Position numbers and translations under genes: made by a program. The notes under the pieces are model-generated. The model made no database searches, had not been told where the DNA came from, and saw only the letters and a list, made by a program, of their open reading frames with translations. A DNA stretch of 64,000 nt from a virus. The stretch is from IMG/VR virus record IMGVR_UViG_3300032087_004567, one strand, 5' to 3'. Positions 59,054 to 64,000 of the stretch are shown in pieces. Positions within the stretch are counted from its first letter, which is position 1; every line of letters begins with the position of its first letter.

Positions 59054-59725
59054 ATGAAATTAATTAGCGAACTCGTAACAGAACAAGTAAAGTTGTTAGT
59101 TGAAGAAGATTCTGATGATAAAGAAAAGAAAAACTATTTTATCGAAGGTGTTTTCTTACAAGGTAACTTAAAGAATAGAAATGGTCGTGTTTATCCGATG
59201 GAGGTTCTAGATAAAGAAGTTGAGCGATATAATAAAGAGTATATCGAAAAAAATAGAGCTTATGGTGAACTTGGACACCCACAGGGTCCAACTATTAATT
59301 TAGAGCGTGTATCACATATGGTTAAAGGGCTTGAAAAGCAAGGCGACAACTATATTGGTAAAGCAAAAATTATGGACACTCCATATGGCAATATTGTAAA
59401 GAATTTAATGAACGAAGGAGCAATGTTAGGTGTTTCTTCAAGAGGTATGGGTAGTTTAAAAGACAATAAAGGTGTTATGGAAGTACAAGATGATTTTTAT
59501 CTTGCAACTGCAGCAGATATAGTTGCAGATCCTTCTGCCCCTGACGCATTCGTTAGAGGTGTTATGGAAGGTGTTGAATGGGTTATGGATCCAGATGCAG
59601 GCTTAAAAATGATTAAAGTAGCAGATGAAACACAGAAGCAAGTTAAAAAAATGTCTGTAAAACAAATAGAGGAGCAAAAGCTTGCAATATTTGATAACTA
59701 CTTAAAAAGTTTATTAGGTAAATAG
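59054..59725 (+). CDS. gp21: Prohead protease
   Basis: IEG.FLQ...KNRNGR.YP, GELGHP.GP.INL.RVSH, GVSSRG.GS, D.VADPSAPDAFV. Confidence 0.98.
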   Translation: MKLISELVTEQVKLLVEEDSDDKEKKNYFIEGVFLQGNLKNRNGRVYPMEVLDKEVERYNKEYIEKNRAYGELGHPQGPTINLERVSHMVKGLEKQGDNYIGKAKIMDTPYGNIVKNLMNEGAMLGVSSRGMGSLKDNKGVMEVQDDFYLATAADIVADPSAPDAFVRGVMEGVEWVMDPDAGLKMIKVADETQKQVKKMSVKQIEEQKLAIFDNYLKSLLGK

Positions 59726-59731
59726 TATTTT

Positions 59732-59739
59732 TATAAATA
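59732..59739 (+). promoter_or_regulatory. T4 late promoter TATAAATA (gp22-gp23)
   Basis: Exact consensus, intergenic. Confidence 0.85.
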
Positions 59740-59769
59740 ATAATAGATATTTTATACGGGAGTAATACA

Positions 59770-60750
59770 ATGTCAAAAAAGAAACTAGACGAGAAGGTAG
59801 TCGTTAAAGGGGGAGAGAATGGTGATCAAATCATTCCTGAGCCTACTGACGCTAAAGCTACTCTCCCTAAGTCGAAAGACCAGGGTGAAAAGCAACCTCC
59901 TCTTAGAACAGCATCTGATCTAGAAGCTGGTACACCTAAAGCTGGTGAGGCAAGTGCAGACGCAAATAAAGCGACTCTTAACATGAAGCCTTCTGACGCA
60001 TCTCCAAAAACTGTGGAGACATTAAATATGTCTTTAGAAGTAGCTTTTGAAGGTGAAGATTTATCAGAAGAATTTAAAGAGAAAGCTTCTACTATTTTTG
60101 AAGCTGCTGTTGCTGCTAAAGTTAAAGGTATTGAAAAGCAACTAGAAGAAGAACAACAAAAACATATTGAAGAGACTGTTGAAGCAGTAACTAAGGATCT
60201 TCATGAAAAAGTTGATAATTATTTGAATTATGTTGTTGAACAATGGATGGAGCAAAACGAACTAGCCGTTGAGTCATCACTTAAGTCAGAAATTACTGAA
60301 GAATTTATTGATGGTCTTAAGAAGTTATTCGCAGAGAATTACATCGAAGTGCCAGAAGATAAGTTAGATGTTTTAGGTGAATTAGCTCAAAAAGTTGAGG
60401 AACTTGAGTCCAAACTTGATGAGTCTATAAACGATAACATCAAGCTAAAAAACAATCTTAAAGAGCAACAAAAAACTAAACTACTCGCACAAGTCAGTGA
60501 AAGTTTAACTGTAGCTCAGAAAGAGAAGTTTGCAGATTTAGCAGAGGGTGTTGATTTTGTAGACGAAGAGTCATATGTCAAAAAGCTAAACATTGTCAAA
60601 GAGAATTATTTCAAAGTTGACAAAAAAGGCGCTGACATTGTTGAGTCTGAAGTCGAATCAGCTGAAGAGCCAGAACAGGAAACAAAACAAGTCCTATCAG
60701 GACCTGTAAGTTCTTATGTTAAGGCTATATCAAGATCATTAAAACGATAA
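59770..60750 (+). CDS. gp22: Prohead scaffold protein
   Basis: LSEEFK.KA.TIFEAAV, VD.YL.YVVE.WM..N..A, F..GLK.LF.E.YI.VPE.K. Confidence 0.95.
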   Translation: MSKKKLDEKVVVKGGENGDQIIPEPTDAKATLPKSKDQGEKQPPLRTASDLEAGTPKAGEASADANKATLNMKPSDASPKTVETLNMSLEVAFEGEDLSEEFKEKASTIFEAAVAAKVKGIEKQLEEEQQKHIEETVEAVTKDLHEKVDNYLNYVVEQWMEQNELAVESSLKSEITEEFIDGLKKLFAENYIEVPEDKLDVLGELAQKVEELESKLDESINDNIKLKNNLKEQQKTKLLAQVSESLTVAQKEKFADLAEGVDFVDEESYVKKLNIVKENYFKVDKKGADIVESEVESAEEPEQETKQVLSGPVSSYVKAISRSLKR

Positions 60751-60785
60751 ATAAATTTTAACAATAATAATAAGGGGAAGTTGAA

Positions 60786-62141
60786 ATGCAACTATCAGAA
60801 GACGTCCAAAATAAGTGGAAGCCAGTCTTAGAGCATCCCGATCTCGAAAAGATCGATGATGGTCATAAGCGCGCGGTAACTGCTCAAATTTTAGAGAACA
60901 CTGAAAGGGCCTTAAGAGAAGCATCATATCAGGCTCCTGGAAGTCAATCATTAACAGAGGCTGCTCCTACTAATGCAATGGGTGGATCATCTTCAGTTGC
61001 CGGTGACGGTGCTGTTGATATTTTTGATCCAGTACTCATTAGCTTGGTAAGAAGAGCAATGCCTAACCTTATTGCATATGATATTTGTGGTGTCCAGCCA
61101 ATGACTGGTCCTACAGGTCTTATCTTTGCAATGAGATCAAGAGTAACTAGCCAAACTGGTGACGAAGTATTCTACAACGAAGCTAACACTTTACATTCAG
61201 CTAACGCTGCTACAGGTGGTACAGAAGTAGGTAATAATCACTTAGGTTCAACAGGTGCTGGTGCTAACTTAACTCAGTTAGCTACTAACACACAGATTAA
61301 CTTTGCATCTGGTGCTACTACAGATCTTTTAGAGAGAGCAGGATCTAACTCAACTGTGCTATTTAATCAAATGGCATTCTCAATTGAGAAAGTAACTGTA
61401 ACAGCTAAAGGTAGAGCGCTAAAAGCTGAGTACTCAATGGAACTTGCTCAAGATCTTAAAGCAGTACACGGTCTTGATGCAGAATCAGAGCTTTCTAACA
61501 TTCTTTCTGCTGAAATCTTAGCTGAGATCAACAGAGAAGTAGTTAGAACAATCTACGTTACTTCTAAAGTAGGTGCTCAATCAGATACAACAACTACTGG
61601 TAAGTTCGACTTAGATGTTGACTCAAACGGTAGATGGTCTGTTGAGAAGTTCAAAGGTCTAATGTTCCAATTAGAGAGAGAAGCAAACGCCATTGCAAAA
61701 GGAACTCGTAGAGGAAAAGGTAACATCGTTATTTGTTCTTCAGACGTAGCTTCTGCATTACAAATGGCAGGTGTTTTAGATTACGCTCCAGCTTTAAATT
61801 CTAACAATCTAAACGTTGATGATACTGGTAATACATTTGCTGGTGTTCTTAACGGTAGAATGAGAGTTTATATTGATCCATATGCTGGTGGTAACTATAT
61901 GATCGCAGGTTACAAAGGTTCAAATGCGTTTGACGCTGGACTGTTCTACTGCCCATATGTTCCACTACAGATGGTAAGAGCCGTTGATCCAGATACATTC
62001 CAACCTAAGATTGGTTTCAAGACTAGGTACGGTATGGTAGCTAATCCATTTAACGATGGTATTACAGGTGCTGGAACAGGTGCTTTATCAGAAGACACAA
62101 ATGAATATTACAGAAGAGTCAGAGTAGACAACATTATGTAA
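60786..62141 (+). CDS. gp23: Major capsid protein
   Basis: KW.P.L, DPVLISLVRR.MPNLIAYD.CGVQPMTGPTGLIFAMR, R.LKAEYS.ELAQDLKA.HGLDAE.EL, FYCPYVPLQM, FQPKIGFKTRYG. Confidence 0.99.
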   Translation: MQLSEDVQNKWKPVLEHPDLEKIDDGHKRAVTAQILENTERALREASYQAPGSQSLTEAAPTNAMGGSSSVAGDGAVDIFDPVLISLVRRAMPNLIAYDICGVQPMTGPTGLIFAMRSRVTSQTGDEVFYNEANTLHSANAATGGTEVGNNHLGSTGAGANLTQLATNTQINFASGATTDLLERAGSNSTVLFNQMAFSIEKVTVTAKGRALKAEYSMELAQDLKAVHGLDAESELSNILSAEILAEINREVVRTIYVTSKVGAQSDTTTTGKFDLDVDSNGRWSVEKFKGLMFQLEREANAIAKGTRRGKGNIVICSSDVASALQMAGVLDYAPALNSNNLNVDDTGNTFAGVLNGRMRVYIDPYAGGNYMIAGYKGSNAFDAGLFYCPYVPLQMVRAVDPDTFQPKIGFKTRYGMVANPFNDGITGAGTGALSEDTNEYYRRVRVDNIM

Positions 62142-62177
62142 ATTCAAATATTATAATAATAATATATACCTCGCACT

Positions 62178-62205
62178 AAGGGCTCTTAATTGAGCCCTTT
62201 TTTTT
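62178..62205 (+). terminator. Intrinsic terminator after gp23
   Basis: AAGGGCTC-TTAATT-GAGCCCTT stem followed by a T-run. Confidence 0.9.
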
Positions 62206-62211
62206 GGCTTG

Positions 62212-62219
62212 TATAAATA
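62212..62219 (+). promoter_or_regulatory. T4 late promoter TATAAATA (gp3)
   Basis: Exact consensus 5 nt before ATG 62225. Confidence 0.85.
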
Positions 62220-62224
62220 CTAAT

Positions 62225-62773
62225 ATGGCAGCTATAGCAAACACACCTACAAATAAAAACTTTTTATCACCATTAGGGTTTACTTTTTCTATAAAGAAAC
62301 TTCCTAATGTTAACTATTTTGTACAAACAGCAGAGATACCTGGTATTACTTTAGGTCAAGCTGATATACAAACACCCTTTACTCGTTTACCTGTTTATGG
62401 TGATCATATTGAATTTGGAGTTCTTAATATTACATTTGCAATAGATGAAGATATGGTTAACTATACTGAGTTGTTTAATTGGATTAATGCACTAGGTACA
62501 CCTGAAAGTGGTGCACAACATAAGTCAGTATTTCCCGCCGATAGGCCTGGCTTTGAAGGGACTGCACAACCTATGACTGGTGATGGTGCATATTCAGATG
62601 CATCTTTAATGGTTCTTAATTCAGTAAAAGCACCCGTAAAAGAATTTGTATTTAAAGATCTATATCCTACCTCATTAACTGATGTTGCATTTGATGTTAC
62701 TGCAACAGATGTTAGTTATGTAATTGCATCTGTAGCATTTGCATTCCGAAACTTCACGTTGAACTCTGTTTAA
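62225..62773 (+). CDS. gp3: Tail tube terminator / tail completion protein; start re-assigned to ATG 62225
   Basis: NFLSP.GF.F.I...P.V.YF.Q.A.IPGI, G.L...F.IDEDM.NY.E...W, SDA.L..L, F.D..P.SL....F. Confidence 0.88.
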   Translation: MAAIANTPTNKNFLSPLGFTFSIKKLPNVNYFVQTAEIPGITLGQADIQTPFTRLPVYGDHIEFGVLNITFAIDEDMVNYTELFNWINALGTPESGAQHKSVFPADRPGFEGTAQPMTGDGAYSDASLMVLNSVKAPVKEFVFKDLYPTSLTDVAFDVTATDVSYVIASVAFAFRNFTLNSV

Positions 62774-62787
62774 GTTTAGTCTATAAT
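62759..62787 (+). promoter_or_regulatory. Putative sigma70-type promoter for uvsY-uvsW
   Basis: TTGAAC (62759-62764), 17-bp spacer, TATAAT (62782-62787). Confidence 0.65.
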
Positions 62788-62817
62788 ATAAAGACTGTTA
62801 TAAATTATTTTTTTATT

Positions 62818-63252
62818 ATGAAACTAGAAGAAATTCAAACTATATGGCGTAATGATTCTAATATAGATAGAACCGAACTTGGTGAAGAAAGTTTACGCAT
62901 ACCTCAATTACATTCAAAATATTATAATATGTTCTCTGCTGAAAGAATGCAACTAAGAAAACTAGAACAAGATTATAATTTATTATACAAGTTGAAATTT
63001 GAGTATTATAATGGTACAATAAGTGAAGAAGAATTAAAAGAGAATGCATGGGAGCCTTTTCAGTTAAAAATACTAAAAACTGATTTATCTATTTACATGC
63101 AATCGGATGTACATCTAAAAAATTTATCACTTAAGATAGCTGTACAAAAAGAGAAAGTTGAATTTTTAGAATCAGTAATAAAGAATTTACCTGCTAGAGG
63201 TTATCAGATAAACGCAGCTATAACATGGGAAAAGTTTAAAGTTGGAGCTTAG
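62818..63252 (+). CDS. uvsY: Recombination mediator protein
   Basis: W..DS.ID...L..ES..IP.LH.KY, YY.G, PF..K.LK, R.YQI..AI.W.KF. Confidence 0.92.
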   Translation: MKLEEIQTIWRNDSNIDRTELGEESLRIPQLHSKYYNMFSAERMQLRKLEQDYNLLYKLKFEYYNGTISEEELKENAWEPFQLKILKTDLSIYMQSDVHLKNLSLKIAVQKEKVEFLESVIKNLPARGYQINAAITWEKFKVGA

Positions 63253-64000
63253 AGTAGAAAAGATAAACGATGTACATATGAAGATACATTGTGAGAATGA
63301 TCTTGCATATGAATTATCAGACTATTTTACTTTTAATGTACCAGGTGCTAGATTTTCTCCTGCATTTAGAAATAGAGTATGGGATGGAAAGATAAGATTA
63401 TTTTCTAAAGCAACACATTATCTTTATCTTGGATTATTACCATATGTACAAAGATTTGCTAAAGAGAGAGGTTATGAGCTTACCCTTGACTTGTCAGAGT
63501 TCTCTGACATTAACTTTAATTTAAAGGAAGCGGAAGAGTTTATATCCTCTCTTAACCTAACTCTTAAACCAAGAGACTATCAATTAGATGCATTTGTACA
63601 TGCAATAAAAAAGAAAAGAGCATTATTATTATCTCCTACTGCATCAGGCAAGTCATTAATAATATATTTGGTATCAAAGTATTATGAATCTGATCCTGAA
63701 AAAGTATTAATTATTGTACCTACAACTTCATTAGTACATCAAATGTCATCTGACTTTGTTAGTTATGGTTGTAATGAAAATCAAATACATAAAATATTTT
63801 CCGGTCAAGATAAAGTAACTGATTGTAATTATGTTATTACAACCTGGCAATCGATATATAAAATGCCCAAGCCTTGGTTTACACAATTTCATTGTGTTAT
63901 AGGAGATGAGGCGCATTTATTTAAAGCTAAAAGTTTAACTTCTATAATGACTAAGTTAATTGAATGTCCTTACAAGTATGGTTTTACTGGTACTTTAGAT
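63242..64000 (+). CDS. uvsW: RNA-DNA/DNA-DNA helicase, 3'-truncated (probable TTG start); absent from the ORF track
   Basis: ELSDYFTF.VPGA.F.P..RNR.WDGKIRLF, PRDYQ, SPTASGKS (Walker A), VPTTSLV.QM, TWQS, GDEAH, GFTGTLD. Confidence 0.95.
   Translation, partial: MELRVEKINDVHMKIHCENDLAYELSDYFTFNVPGARFSPAFRNRVWDGKIRLFSKATHYLYLGLLPYVQRFAKERGYELTLDLSEFSDINFNLKEAEEFISSLNLTLKPRDYQLDAFVHAIKKKRALLLSPTASGKSLIIYLVSKYYESDPEKVLIIVPTTSLVHQMSSDFVSYGCNENQIHKIFSGQDKVTDCNYVITTWQSIYKMPKPWFTQFHCVIGDEAHLFKAKSLTSIMTKLIECPYKYGFTGTLD

Noticed and set aside
51947-62141. Possible introns, inteins or homing endonucleases in gp17, gp20 or gp23
   Set aside because: ORFs are uninterrupted and of normal length; no intein or endonuclease motifs seen
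62204-62224. ORF-track TTG start of gp3
   Set aside because: Lies in the gp23 terminator tail and upstream of the late promoter; ATG 62225 is more plausible
1-64000. tRNA/rRNA genes and stop-codon reassignment
   Set aside because: Intergenic gaps are too short or lack cloverleaf motifs; core genes are full length in the standard code and end in TAA, TAG or TGA

Overview
AT-rich 64 kb segment of a T4-like (T4-superfamily) myophage genome covering nearly the whole virion morphogenesis region. Order: replication genes gp59 and gp32; a minus-strand tail operon (gp4, gp2, gp54-like, gp26/gp51-like, two tape-measure-like paralogs, one with an M23 peptidase); baseplate genes (gp48, gp53, hub, gp5, gp25, gp6, gp7, gp8, 2185-aa VrlC-like protein); a ~17 kb accessory fibre/adhesin region; neck, packaging, tail and head genes (gp13-gp23, gp3); then uvsY and a truncated uvsW. 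Main findings: (1) a 656-aa protein fusing a COLGALT-like GT25 domain, a PLOD-type glycosyltransferase domain and a PLOD-type lysyl hydroxylase domain. It lies two genes downstream of a fibre with Gly-X-Lys collagen repeats, suggesting an animal-type collagen hydroxylysine-glycosylation pathway encoded next to its substrate. (2) An in-phase T_TTT_TTT slippery site that would fuse gp26 to a start-less gp51-like frame, as in lambda G/GT. (3) Recurring C-terminal/N-terminal peptide pairs suggesting a branched modular fibre, a gp5 spike with a C-terminal extension and no adjacent PAAR gene, a circularly permuted MAM domain, and probable leaderless late mRNAs. All family assignments come from motif recognition and synteny; no database searches were run.
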